Source: Adineta vaga (taxonomy: Eukaryota; Animalia; Rotifera). Taken from it: DNA of 64,000 nucleotides. A program made the position numbers and the translations under genes. The notes under the pieces were generated by a model that saw only the letters and a program-made list of their open reading frames with translations, did no database searches and was not told the origin of the DNA. The stretch covers positions 13,268,001 to 13,332,000 of the forward strand of contig CP075497.1 of NCBI GenBank assembly GCA_021613535.1, written 5' to 3'. Of the stretch, positions 1 through 13,007 are shown in pieces. How positions within the stretch are numbered: the stretch's first letter is position 1; each line of letters begins with the position of its first letter.

Positions 1-672
1 AGACATTTATTTATATTTCATAGTCAAATGATGAAGAAAAAATTGTGTTTAATTTTACTTCATTATATACCTTTACTTATTTGTTTATGTTATACACCTA
101 TTTTTTATATTATTAATATATTTTTTCCAATATTTTGTATAAATATTTGGGATTATAATTATCCATATTGTGGAAGTCCATGTTATGCATTTCTTCCATT
201 TTGGGGGACATTTGATTGGTTAGTTCATTATGCAATACCAATTTTAATAATATCATTTTCAAATCTTTTTCTTTTCTTTCGTGTTGTATGGCAAAGAATT
301 AAACAAGGAAGACCTGTTGAATGGAATCGTCAAAAACGTATGATTATTCAACTTGCTTTTATATCAAGTTTATATTTAATATTAATAACACCAGAAGTCA
401 TTGTTGGTGTTATTGAAGCATTATGGTCACCAACATTTGCTCTTGAAATTCAACTTAATTATTTTTTTTATATTACAAATTTTGTTCATCAATTATTACC
501 ATTTATTATTATTAGTTCATTACCTAATATGTATAATGAATTAAAAAGATTCTTTCAACGTATAAAACGATTTATTACACGAGATAGATCACGTATACAT
601 CCATCTACGATTGTAAATGAAAGAGAACGAAATCTTATTACTTGTGTTCCAACTTATGAAAAAACGATTTAA
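1..672 (+). CDS. Orphan class-A-like 7TM GPCR, 5'-truncated by the window edge
   Basis: The frame is open from base 1 (RHLFIFHSQMMKKK). This matches the ERHILIF end of TM3 in the paralog at 12018-13007. It also has CGSPCY in ECL2, WNRQKRMIIQL before TM6, and hydrophobic helices. Intronless. Confidence 0.85.
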   Translation, partial: RHLFIFHSQMMKKKLCLILLHYIPLLICLCYTPIFYIINIFFPIFCINIWDYNYPYCGSPCYAFLPFWGTFDWLVHYAIPILIISFSNLFLFFRVVWQRIKQGRPVEWNRQKRMIIQLAFISSLYLILITPEVIVGVIEALWSPTFALEIQLNYFFYITNFVHQLLPFIIISSLPNMYNELKRFFQRIKRFITRDRSRIHPSTIVNERERNLITCVPTYEKTI

Positions 673-1041
673 ATTTTATTTATTTTGTCTTTTATGACAT
701 AAGAAAAATCTCTATTTGATGTTGTTAAGTACATATTGGAAAATTCAATAAATTATTTTATAGAAATCTCGAACGTTTATACATTGACATTTTTGAGTTC
801 ATATCGAAATTTTGAATATTTTATTATTTGCATCAGTAAAAGAAACCAGAAATATTTCTCTTTTTATTTTTTTTTCTATTACTTTATGGTTTCAATTGAA
901 TTAAAAGAATATTCTAGCATCGTAAATCAATGATTTATTTTCGTATTAATTTTAGAACAAATATATCTAAAGGTAAAGTAATCATAATTCCATTTCATAC
1001 ATTGAAGATAATATATTAATATAAATTTATTTAGAAATAGA

Positions 1042-4000
1042 ATGTTATTAAAGTTCATCAATCGGTAATATTTTTTTCATCATTAAAGTAGATGATTTTC
1101 TATTTAACTTATTATATAGTTTCATTTCACGATTGAGATCTTCTCAAAGTATAGAAATAAATGGAACGACAACGTCAGACGAACATATTATCAATCAGAT
1201 GTCATCAATTATTATTCTCAAACGTTTAGTAAGTTGTCGAAAAATTCAATTGCAAAGTTAAAAATTGTTTTGTTTTAGTTACGTTTTGGAAATACTGAAG
1301 ATAATGTAATGATGTTTTGTGGTGTTTTGGCGGCTGTTATCTATGCAATTGGTCATGTATTATTTGTTTTTCTATTTGGACAATTAGTTGGTTTATTCGT
1401 CATACGTATCTCATCTATTCAATGTATAGATACCAATGTCAATCTTTGTAATTATAACAATAATTCATTGAATCACAGGTATATTTATACAATTAAATAT
1501 TTGAAAAGTATTTTTTTTAAATTATGAAATAATTGCGGAGATCTATCAGAGAAATATTCTAATAACATATTTAAATGATTTCATTTTAGTCTTTGTTCGA
1601 TTATTAATATGACGAATAAAACTTCAAGTAATAGTTCAATTAATAGCGCAATGTTTTATAATGATGTTCATACAAAAGTTATCCAATTAGTTGGTAAGTG
1701 AGTGATGTCACATATTCCGCCGATCGAGGATGTGTGTGACCCTACTTAATGTATGTTAAAAGAGTACAAACTACAATTTATTTTATTTTTTTAAAGTAAT
1801 TGGATTAGTTCAAGTGATGGTTTATTACTTTCAATATATCTTCTTTGAATTGGCTTCTTGTCGATTGGCAAATCGTATTAGAATAGAACTATTCAAAGCC
1901 ACACTTACTAGAGTATGTCTTTTCTTGTTATAATAGTAAAGTTCGTCTGATTATATTTCCTATTTATTAATTATTTAGAATGTATCGTATTTTGATGTCA
2001 CTAAAACTTCAATCATCAACTTGTATGAGTAAGTTTTATAATGTGAAACACTATAAAATATAGGAATTATGATCATTTGTTTGTTTTCATTTATAGGAAC
2101 ATTGATATCGTGCAATCTGGTATTGGTTGGAAAAGTGCAGCTATTTTTTCTGGTTTTGTTTTTGTTATCAGCAGTTTTATTCTTGCTTTGGTTATAGATT
2201 GGAAACTAACTTTAATTGTCTGTATAGCAGAACCTCTTAGTGTTGGTGCAGCATTCGCGCTATCGAAAGTAAATAGAAATAATTTATTTATTATATATTC
2301 ATTTAATTTTTATTTATAGTTAACAGCTCAAGCAACTCTTTCCGAGATGAAATCCTATGGACGAGCAGGAAAAGTTGCCGAAGAAGTATTCAGTGCTATT
2401 CGAACAGTTATTGCTTTCAATGCACAAAACAATGAACAAATACGGTGAGGACTTTATTTTGTACATGTACGGATATTAAGTAGATGAAATCTGATATATG
2501 AATAGATATGAATCCGAATTGAAACATAATATGAAATATGCACTTCGAAAAGGATTTCTTTATGGTTGTTATGTTGGTATTCTAGCAACTTTTGTTTATT
2601 GGACAAGTGCACTTGGTTATTTAGCTGGAACATGGCTTAAATTAACAGGAAGACATTCTACACTAAATATTCGGGATATTGTTGTGGTAAAAAATTTTAA
2701 TAGATTTTCACTAATATAAAAAAATGTCTTGATTGTAATACACGAATGTATAGGTTGTTACATCTATAACGGAAGGAATGCAATTTCTTGGTTTTTTGGC
2801 CCCAAGTATGAAAACATTTCTCGATGCGTGTACTGTTGCTTTACCAATTGTACATTTTATTGAAGAAAGCAAGGTAATTGAATATTTAGTTCGTAATTGA
2901 TTCGAGAAAAAGATCATTACTGGATAGATATCTGAAAAAGTGATTCCATCAATTTCAAGAAGTATATTAAAATTAAGAGAGAATGAACCAATTGAAATCG
3001 TATTTGACAATGTTTCATTTTCGTATCCGAGTGGAGAGAAAAGATTAGCATTGAATAAAATTTCATTTCGAATCAAACCAGGTCAAACTGTAGCATTTGT
3101 CGGTTGTTCAGGCAGTGGTAAGATCAATCATTCGATTATTTTCAACTATTGATTTCTTCTACATTATAGGAAAAAGCACATGTATTCAACTTTTGCTTCG
3201 TTTTTATGATCCATTAGATGGACAGATTCGAATCAATGGTCATCCGATTGATATATATGATCGAAAGAATTTACGTCAAAATTTTGGTCTTGTTAATCAA
3301 GAACCGGTATTTAATAAAAATATTCTTTGAATTGTTTAACATTGTAAAAATGAGTTCTTTTTTTAATTTATAAAGATTCTTTTTTCAACAACAATACGAA
3401 ATAATATTGGTTATGGAAAAGAGAATTCAACTTTCGAAGAGATTGTTCAAGCAGCTAAACAAGCGAATGCTCATCAATTCATCAGTAAACTTCCTCTAGT
3501 AATTTTTATGATTTTATTTTTTTTTCGAAAAATTAATTTTATTCTTTGAAAAGGCATATGAAACAATGATTGGTGATCGAGGTGTTCAACTCAGTGGTGG
3601 TCAAAGACAAAGGATTGCATTAGCACGTGCACTTATTCATCAACCACGTCTATTATTACTCGATGAAGCAACAAGTGCACTTGATTCTTCTAGTGAAAAA
3701 CTTGTACAAGAAACAATTGATCAAACTATTAATGGTAAAAATATTGAAATGAATTAAAAACTGAAAATCAAATGATTCAATAATTAATTTAGGTCGAACA
3801 ACGATTATTGTTGCTCATCGTCTTTCAACTATTCGTTATGCTGATTGGATTATTGTTATGAAAGATGGATCAATTGTTGAACAAGGTTCACATAATGATC
3901 TATTTGAAGCAAACAATTTTTATCATCAATTAGTAATAAAACAACAAAGCAATTTTATAAATTCCGAAAGTTTAATGATAACAGATTTAGAAGAAGTTAA

Positions 4001-6611
4001 ACTAGATATTCAAATTGAAGAACCAATATTAAAGACAACTGAAAACACAATAGTTGAACTTGATCAGGTACAATATTTCATTGACATCTTCTATATATAT
4101 TGTCATTTCATAGCCTGAAGGTGGTTCATTTCGTTGTTTGATTGAATTATTCAAATTAAATGCTCCTGAATGGCCTTATTTAATTATTGTTTGTCTATCT
4201 GGAATCATTGCTGGTGGATTTTATCCATCATTTGCATATATTCTTGCTGAAACAATTAGTGTAAGTAATTATTACAAAAATTATGTTCAATTTGTTTTTT
4301 GTCTAATTAATGTTTATTTACAAATTCTAATAAAAAGTCATTTCAACAATGTAATCCTTCAGAACAAATGGATAAAATAATTAACTTCACACGTATTATG
4401 TTTCTTTTGGGTATTGGAGTCAATTTTATTAAAATTATTCATGTAAGATTTGAACAAAAGAGAAAACATAGAATGAAAATTGATTTGTTTTTCTTTTGTC
4501 AAAGTATGTTTGTTTGGCAGTATGTGGAACACGATTAACGAATCGATTAAGAATCAAATCATTTCGATATATGTTACGACAAGAAATAGCTTGGTTTGAT
4601 AGAAATGAAAATAATACAGGTTCACTTTGTGCACGTCTTTCTACAGATGCAATGGCTGTTCAATCTGTATAAGTATTTATTCTTTCAATTCTTTTTATTT
4701 ATTGTTTTCATTTTAGTTAACAAGTATTCGACTTGGTTTATTTATTGAATCTTTATCTTTATTGATGATTGCTCTTATTATTGGATTAATATTTTCATGG
4801 CAATTGACATTAATGGTTTTTGCTTTAATTCTCTTTGAATTGATTTGTACAATTATTGATGTTCGAAGAAAAAGTCGTTTACAAACAAAGATTGATAATA
4901 TCTTATCTCATAGCAATGAATTAATTACACAAACAATACGAAATATTCGAACTGTCTTTCAATTGAATAGAGAAGAACATTTATTAAGTCAATTCAATGA
5001 TATTATCGATCGAACTTATAAGTAAATTGATCAGAATTACGTTTTTAAAGATAAAGATTATCTTTTTTTATAGAATATTCCGACCTAGTGTGTTTAAAGG
5101 TGGTTTGGCCTTTGCATTTTCATTTCCGATCGCAACATTGATCTTACCATGTCTTGCTGAACTGGCTATTGTTCTTCTTGATAAAGGTCTTATTGATCCT
5201 CAACGCATCATTTTGTATATCTTATATCTATCAAGTTTTTTTTTGAGTTATTTAATTGAATTTTCTTTTGCTTTTTGTAGGTTATTTGCTTTTGTTCCAT
5301 TTTCATTTGATGTTATTCAAACATCAACGATGATGTAAGTGTGAAAAATGGCAAATTTAAAATTTAGATTTTCGTTTGTGTGATGAATAGTTCAACGGAA
5401 TTAGGTGGAACAACAGCAGCAGCAAAACGTCTAAATCAATTGTTTAAACGGATTCCATTGATTGACAATATGTCTACAGAAGGTCAACAAATTGTAAATT
5501 TATTTAGAAATATAAATATTCTTACTTTTCACTTTTTGATAAATAGAAGAATTTCTCGGGATCAATTCAATTCAATAAAATCACTTTCTCTTATCCTACA
5601 CGTCAATCAATCAATGTACTCAATGAATTTCAATTAACAATACAAGCTGGTTTGTACTTATTTTATTCTTTTCAATGCTATTTATCATTATCATCTATTC
5701 TTATTTGTTTAATTGAAGGTCAACGAGTAGCAATTGTTGGTGAGATTTAGTAATAATAAAGATAAATGAATAAAGATTTTCTTTGTGTATCACATTAAGG
5801 TTCGAGTGGTTGTGGTAAATCAACTATAGCTCAATTACTTGAACGATTTTATGATTGTAATCAAGGACATTTAGTAAGTTAGTTTTTCAACTTATTTTAC
5901 TGAAATTATTTTTGACATAGTTACTTGATGATCACGATGTACGAACATTAAATTTGACTTGGTTACGCGCACAAATTGGTCTTGTTAGTCAAGAACCAGC
6001 TCTTGTTCTAGGTCTTACTATTGCTGAAAACATTGCATATGGTTGTCTGTTAAATACATTTACTTATGAAGACGTTGTAGATGCAGCTAAACGAGCACAT
6101 TGTCATACTTTTATCGAAACATTACCACAGGTTAATTCTACTTCTTCTCTATTTATGAATATTCGATTACTTTTCTTATAGGGTTATAACACATCTGTTG
6201 GATTGAACGGAAGTTCTTATCTCTCTGGAGGTCAAAAGCAACGAATTGCTATTGCACGAGCTCTTTTTCGTAAACCAAAGATTTTGTTACTTGACGAGGC
6301 TACAAGTGCATTAGATGTACAAAACGAACAGGTACAAGAACATTTATTTGCATTGTATCTCTTTTAAATAGAAGAATCTATCGAAATTCTTCGATTTTTA
6401 TTTACAGCTCGTTGAAGAATCGTTGAATGCTGCACGAGAAGATGATCCATCACGAACTGTAGTGATCATCACTCATCGTCTTTCTACTATTCAATCATGT
6501 GATATCATTTATGTTCTTGGTTCCAATGGATATTTTTTAGAAAGTGGCACACATACAGAACTGATGGCACATGGCAGTGCATACCGTAAACTTGTTCTTG
6601 ATCATATGTGA
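1042..6611 (+). CDS. ABCB (P-glycoprotein/MDR) full transporter, multi-exon
   Basis: Two TMD-NBD halves. Walker A GCSGSGKST and GSSGCGKST; Q-loops VNQEP and VSQEP; signatures [15 protein letters not shown] and [15 protein letters not shown]; Walker [12 protein letters not shown] twice; AHRLSTI and THRLSTI; linker [11 protein letters not shown]. Start ATG 1042 inferred from splice phase (MLLKFINR|FISRL); stop TGA ends at 6611. Confidence 0.93.
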
Positions 6612-6728
6612 GAGAGATTTTTTTTCTAATAAATAAATTTTAAATATGAATTGCTAGATCTTTTATTCGCTCTGTTCATAGACTAGAAAGTTAGAAATTC
6701 GTGACTTTATAGAACACAATGCTTTTTG

Positions 6729-8538
6729 CTACAATGTTCCGGAACGTTGACGTGTGAATGTTGACGATGCCATCTTTTTTTGAGAAAAATCCCACGGAGT
6801 GTGTTCATCTTCGAGAACAATTGGAGCAAGTTCTTCAAACTTATCTCCCGGACCTGGATTTTCAGGATGTGTCGTACCACCAAAATGATGCATAACTCCC
6901 CAAACTGCATTGAGCGCTGTTTGAACAGCTCCTTCAGCCCATCCTGCTGTCCACGATACGTCATCTCCAGCAATAAAGAAGCCTCGATATTTTTCTGAAA
7001 TGTAATCTTGCATAAAATGATTGAACAATCGTACTTGATAACGATATTGACCCGGTAGATTGTTCTTAAAGGCTCCCATGAAGTTGCGTTCCGTTTCCCA
7101 TGAAAGAGTGATTGGATCATCAATAATATGATGTTCAAGATTAATTTTAGGATAAATATGATGGATGCATCGTAGCATAGCTTCTAAACGCTCGTTTGCT
7201 GATAGAGTCAACCACTTTAATGAGTCATCTGCCCACGTATAGGACAAACAAATGACAGCAGGACGCTCTGGATCATCGTCAAATAGGTAAGTAGCTCGAG
7301 TGAATCTATCGGATAATGTCATACTCATACTATCTCGTCCAGTTACAGGATCTTTGTCTTTCCAGAAAGGTCGATCGACAAGAACGGATAATCTTGTCGA
7401 ACCCATATAATGCATACGTTCTATTGCAATCCATTGATCGATTGGTAGTAGTTCACGATCAGACTTAATCTGATTCAATAGTGCCCATTTATGAGCAGTG
7501 AAGACAACTGCCGAGTACGTCTGGCTGTTCCCGTCTGTATCAATAACTGTGATATTATTTGAATCTGTACGGTATAGATGTGTAACAGCTTTTCTAGACT
7601 GTCCATTTTCATGCAAACTCTCTAATGTGGTACCAGATGGCCAATATGCCATGTTTGTTGGAGATTCTTTCCATAGATGAAGTGGTAATTGTTGACAACC
7701 ATCAGTAATAAAGTAATGATCATCGTCGAAGCCTGTATAGACGATGCGAAGAATCTCGAGAATTGAATTGGGAAAATCTGTATCCCAGCCACCAGTACCA
7801 AAGCCTACTTGACCAAAGAGCTCACGATGTTGGAAAGACTTAAATAATGGGGAATTGCAGAGAAAACCATAGAATGTTTGAGAATCTAATCGTTTTACTA
7901 GTGAGTTCCAAAGTTTTTTGATCGTATATACGTTCCGATTACGAATTGCAGTTTGCATCTCTTCAAGTTTAGCGTACGTACACAATGTATCATACCAAGC
8001 GCTTGCAACTTCACGAAATATGTCGGGTAAATCATCTAGAGTATGTGCGTAGTGTATTACGCCGTTTAGATCAATTACTGTACTGGGAGTTGTAGGATTT
8101 AGTGGATTCGGAAATGGCTTTGTTTCAAGTTTACATAAGTTGATATAATGAAAGAGTGCTGTAGATGACAAGGGAAATCGCATTGCTCCCATCTCAGCCA
8201 TAATTTCAGGATGATTTTTAAAGCTTACAGAACGTAGACGACCACCAATCTCATCTGCTTCGTAGACGACTGGTTTAAAACCTAATTTCATCAATTCATA
8301 AGCAGTGATGATCCCAGAGAGTCCACCTCCAATGATAGCGTGTACCATGAACACTTTTAGGCACTGTTCCTAATCCTGTTGGATGATCGAGATAGTCATC
8401 GTAGGCAAATGGAAAATCTGGACCAAACCCGGTCAATGGTTTTAATCGTAAAGATTCTTTCATATGATTATGAATGTATGAGTTTGGTGATTCATTCTCT
8501 TCTGATTGGTGTATAGTTGGAATTGATGAATGAGACAT
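6729..8538 (-). CDS. davB: Bacterial-type flavin amino-acid 2-monooxygenase (lysine 2-monooxygenase DavB / tryptophan 2-monooxygenase family), split by a frameshift at ~8340
   Basis: ORF 8296-8538 (FGPDFPFAYDDYLDHPTGLG) and ORF 6729-8354 (AIIGGGLSG, YELMKLG, GGRLRS, AEMGAMRFP, GQVGFGTGGWDTDFPNS, AGDDVSWTAGWAEGAVQTALNAVWG, HPENPGPGD) together align end to end with Pseudomonas DavB as I recall it. Intronless. Confidence 0.88.
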
Positions 8539-9219
8539 TGATAAGTACGTCGAAAAAAAACAAAATTTTGTTTCTAAAAAAAATAACCATTTATTATGTA
8601 TGTATACCTCAGTCGAAGAAGTGTTACTTCTATTCGTTCGTGGTTCTGGAGATACATCATATATAAATGTAATTGTTGTTGTTGTTATTTGTTTTTCTTA
8701 TTCGAATATAAAACTCATCGAGATTCTACATAATTATATTTCTGACAGAAAAGAAATAAACGAACGAACGAATAAATATAGTTAAAATAAGAAATGAACT
8801 GAAAATGCATTAATCATAGAACAGAAAAAGAACAATTTTAAATTAAAATGAAAAAATATATTTGTTGATTTTAACACCTATCGATAATCGAAATTAAGCA
8901 TAAAATTCACGTGAAACCCTATTATACCAATCTCGATATTAACATATATATATATATATATATTATATTTGTTGAATTGTTGCACTTAAAAACATGGATG
9001 AGTGTGTATGCATCAGAGATCAACAAGTTCATTCTACAGAATTTATCTCTTAAAATCTCTTTAAGAATTTTAAATAAACTGTATTAGTACTGACATGACA
9101 CACCTAAAAATGACAAGTCTATAATTTAATATAATTATATTGTAGAAATATGGAGAAAAGAAAAGGAAAGATTGTGTTAGAATTCATTTGCATTTACAAA
9201 ATAAAATAGCAAAGAAAAT

Positions 9220-10200
9220 ATGTCTAATCTTCAAGTAGCTCTTAACCTTTCTTTTTGGAGTCCAATTATACTTTTTTCAATTGGAATACCAGGTGCTTTA
9301 TTTAATTTTCTTATTTTTATTGGAACGAAAAAATGTCGACATTCTCCTATGGTTTTTTATGTTGTTGGTCAATCAATATCCGATATTGGTATTTTATCTA
9401 TTATTCTTCTTCAAAGTATTCCATCATTAACAATGGCAACATCTTCAATATCATGTAAATTAATGATTTTCTTTAGTCAATTAACAGGTCCATGTGCAAT
9501 GACATTTCTTTGTTTATCTGCATTTGATCGTTGGGCATGTACATCAAGATCTGCACGAATTCGTCAATTAAGTTCAATTCATATTGCTCGTTATATATTT
9601 CCATTTCCTTTTCTTCTCTGGACATTAATCAATATTCCTTATCTGATTTTTTGCGATGTATTTCCACTAATATCGAGTTGTATATTTACCAATGAACTTT
9701 TTGCTCGTATTTCTATTTATTTTCTTGCTCCAATTTTCTCAAATATTCTTCCTCTTCTTATCTTAATAATATTTAGTATATTAACCTATCAAAATATTCG
9801 AGTTGTAACTCAAATTCATGTTCAACAACAACCTAATCGAACTCGTTTATCAATGTGGGAACAACAAATGACAAGAATGATGATAATACAAACAGTTTTA
9901 AGTATTTTATGGACAATTCCTCGATGTATATTTCTTATCTATTCAATAGCAACAGTTGATGGACGTTCAATGAGAAATTTTGATCAAATTGTCATGGAAT
10001 TTTTAATTGATCAAATAACTTTATTTCTTATGTCATTAAATTTTGCTTCATCTTTTTATATATATTTTCTTTCTTCATCACGTCTTCGAACAACAATCTT
10101 TCAATCTATAAAACGCTTTCTTCATTTAGGAAATGATCAAATTATACCTATTCATCTTGTTCCTACTGCACAACCTTTTACCGTTACAAAACATCACTAG
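9220..10200 (+). CDS. Orphan 7TM GPCR
   Basis: 326 aa, intronless. GIPGALFN in TM1, CLSAFDRW (DRY-like), EQQMTRMMIIQ, FYIYFLSSSRLR in TM7/helix 8. Confidence 0.9.
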   Translation: MSNLQVALNLSFWSPIILFSIGIPGALFNFLIFIGTKKCRHSPMVFYVVGQSISDIGILSIILLQSIPSLTMATSSISCKLMIFFSQLTGPCAMTFLCLSAFDRWACTSRSARIRQLSSIHIARYIFPFPFLLWTLINIPYLIFCDVFPLISSCIFTNELFARISIYFLAPIFSNILPLLILIIFSILTYQNIRVVTQIHVQQQPNRTRLSMWEQQMTRMMIIQTVLSILWTIPRCIFLIYSIATVDGRSMRNFDQIVMEFLIDQITLFLMSLNFASSFYIYFLSSSRLRTTIFQSIKRFLHLGNDQIIPIHLVPTAQPFTVTKHH

Positions 10201-10945
10201 ATATATCATCGTACTTTTTTTCTGAAAAATGTGACTTTCTAGTCTAATTATTCTTAAAATAAATCTAAATTACAGATAATTCTAATTTGTACTGTACGTT
10301 CACTGGAATGATTACAAAATTCTTGGTGCATTCGTAATCATTATAATTTATATATACAGAAGATTTCCGTTATGGAAGATAATAATAAAGTATAGATACT
10401 ATGCTTGTTTCATATCAACTCGAAATAAATTTTCAAGTAATTATTCAGAGAAGTGAGATGCAGTTGATAAGAAATTATCTAATTTTTTAATTTTCATTAG
10501 TCGTAGCAATATTTATATTATCGATGTTCTTAGTAGTCATTCGATTTCGATAGATGGATAGTGTGGGTTATATCCTTCAATTCTTATTAGCAAACTATAT
10601 ACGTTATATAGTAAATTAATAGATCATTAAATCAATAGTCAAATACAACAGTGAATTTGTTTGCAGTGCGTACGATGTATTATATTAGAATTGTTGGGGG
10701 AATTTTTGAAAATCATTGACTTGGAAGTTTCTTTAATACGAAATCTTGAGCAAAACACATGACTGAATTATATATGGTTGGATCGAAACACGCGTTATGA
10801 TAAGTCGTCGCAAAATGAAATATAAAAGAAATTCTAACTAAAAAAAGAAAGTAGATAAAGTTACATGTACGATTAAATGAGTAATTGGACTTTAAAAAGT
10901 CGAAAAGTTTGTTGTAAATTGTTAATTTCTTGATTTGTATCCATC

Positions 10946-11390
10946 TTAGTTTTCTTGACAACAACAATAAAAACCACCATTAGGACTACTGCAAGGAGTG
11001 ACACTGCCGTATTTACCAATAGAAAAACGACCATCAAGAGAAGTAAGATCACCATAAGAAGTAACACAAGTACCACTGGGAGTAGCAATATCAATATGAC
11101 AAGTATAACCATTAGCATGACTAAAAGCAATACCAGCAATACCAGAAGCACAGTAAAATCAACATTACCAAAAGGAGAGTCAGTACCAACAAGATTAACA
11201 CTATCACCAAAAGTACCAGCGCAGAGAGTAGCACAGTCAATATTAGTACCAACAATCTCACTAGAAGGACTGCCGCCATTATAATAAGTAAGAACAGTAA
11301 ATTTGCAATCACTACAACCAGGTGCGGCTGTAGTGGTTGTTGTTGTAGTTATGGTTGTGGTTGTGGTTTTGCTACTTGTTTCTGTGTGCG
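10946..11390 (-). CDS. Terminal exon of a Thr-stalk, Cys-rich small protein with a 1-nt frameshift
   Basis: After the acceptor ttttcaag the frame reads TETSSKTTTT...AAPGCSDC...DCATLC...GNVDF. Adding one T to the T4 run (11155-11158) continues it as YCASGIAGIAFSHANGYTCHIDIATPSGTCVTSYGDLTSLDGRFSIGKYGSVTPCSSPNGGFYCCCQEN*. Codon bias is the same (NNT) on both sides of the break. Confidence 0.65.
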
Positions 11391-12017
11391 CTTGAAAAAG
11401 GGTGTGGGTGTTAGATAGATGTAGTACCCACACATATCCACATCCACACACCCTCACCCTCAATATAAATATACTATACTAACCGCTTTATCTTCTTTTG
11501 TATATTTTGTTGTGGTTAGAAATGTTTGTCTCTTATATATAATTAGAGAGTCCCTTTCGTTTCTTTTTCGTTTATGTATTTCACCTCTGCTTTTGGGGTT
11601 TCTCTGCGCCATGGGAGAAAGTTTTTGAGATGGAAAATTATTGAATATAAAAGTTTTTTTATAAAAAAACTCGAGGGAAATTCTTCATTTTTACAAATAT
11701 TATGACAAGAATATCGTCCATATAATTAATCTAAATTGTAAGTAGAATAACAAGACTTTATTGTTTTATCTCTTTTATCTTGAAATTCTATGGTAGAATC
11801 ATCTTCATAATGAGAATGTGAATGATATTTAAAATTGAAGATGATATTCTATAAATCGAAAAAATCACATCCTTTTTAGTGAATACTATTCACTCTGCGA
11901 AGTTCATAATTAAAAAAACTGTTAAGTAAATACGAATGAGAATGATATTAGACGAAAATAAGTTGAAGAAAATACGAACATACACTTTCGATAGAGACAC
12001 TCATGTTTGTTATGTAA

Positions 12018-13007
12018 TTATCGTCGATTGTTATTAGTTGTCGCATGAATAATGGTATTCACAGCAATACGGTGGTGGACACGACACGATAATTTCATCT
12101 TAATTTTCTTGTGTAGTTCTGGTGTTGAATATAAACAAACAAATGGAATAAGAAATATAAATAAGTATGCAACGTAGAATAAATATTGTTCTTCTTCTGC
12201 ACCATTATCTTCAGGTAAACCACATAAATGTGCAAGTGAAAGCAGATTCAATGGTAAAATAAAAACAATAGCTAACATTGACATTAATAATAATTGTATT
12301 GTCATTCGACGATGTTTACGCCATTGAATTTGTTGTTTGAGACGTTGTTTTTGTCGAATAACACGAACTAAGAGAGCTATACTTATAAAAGCTATTAAAA
12401 AGCCTGGTAAAAGATTATTTCCAATAAAATCCCACATTCCCATTATTAAATCATCTTGATAACAAGGAGATGCATTACATACTGGTAATTCATAATCATA
12501 TGTATTTTCACATGGAAATATAAAAATTGCATAAATATAGAAAATCAATACGTATAAAAGGACAATAATTAAAGGTAAATAATGAGCATAGAATTGACCA
12601 CGTTTTGTCGTCATCCATTGTGCATTAAATATGAGAATATGTCGTTCAATTGTTGCCCATGCCAAAAAAATTTGTTCACCATTATATAATCCATATGTAA
12701 CGAACCACCAAATAAGACATGTCGCTGGAGTTGAAGGTTTTACAAAACCGGAATTGATTATAAATGCTAGATGAAAAGGTATATCAATTAATTCAACTCC
12801 CAAACCAAATATTATTAAAATAATAATCACATGATTATTTAATGTTTTTCGAGCTGTACGATTAGTCCAAAAATAAATTAATAACGTAAAACTACATATA
12901 ATTGATGGAAAATCAGTTAGAAGAAAAAGCCAAAATCGAATTGGACGTGGTATTGATACTTCCATATTGTGAAATGCATCGTCTGAATCATTTGTATAAG
13001 TTGTCAT
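12018..13007 (-). CDS. Orphan 7TM GPCR
   Basis: 329 aa, intronless. LNNH, CLIWWF, WATIERHILIF, WRKHRRMTIQL, PFVCL; seven hydrophobic segments. Confidence 0.9.
   Translation of the reverse strand: MTTYTNDSDDAFHNMEVSIPRPIRFWLFLLTDFPSIICSFTLLIYFWTNRTARKTLNNHVIIILIIFGLGVELIDIPFHLAFIINSGFVKPSTPATCLIWWFVTYGLYNGEQIFLAWATIERHILIFNAQWMTTKRGQFYAHYLPLIIVLLYVLIFYIYAIFIFPCENTYDYELPVCNASPCYQDDLIMGMWDFIGNNLLPGFLIAFISIALLVRVIRQKQRLKQQIQWRKHRRMTIQLLLMSMLAIVFILPLNLLSLAHLCGLPEDNGAEEEQYLFYVAYLFIFLIPFVCLYSTPELHKKIKMKLSCRVHHRIAVNTIIHATTNNNRR

Noticed and set aside
6707-7680. Overlapping alternative-frame and antisense ORFs in the monooxygenase gene
   Set aside because: No recognisable motifs; expected by-products of a GC-richer coding region.
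6729-8538. Bacterial contamination or a prokaryotic operon
   Set aside because: A single gene flanked by intron-rich and animal-specific genes, with no bacterial neighbours; HGT fits better, pending a read check.
10873-11312. Poly-Leu/Val membrane ORF and antisense Thr/Ser-rich ORF
   Set aside because: These are shadows of the NNT-biased Cys-rich coding sequence read out of frame or on the opposite strand.
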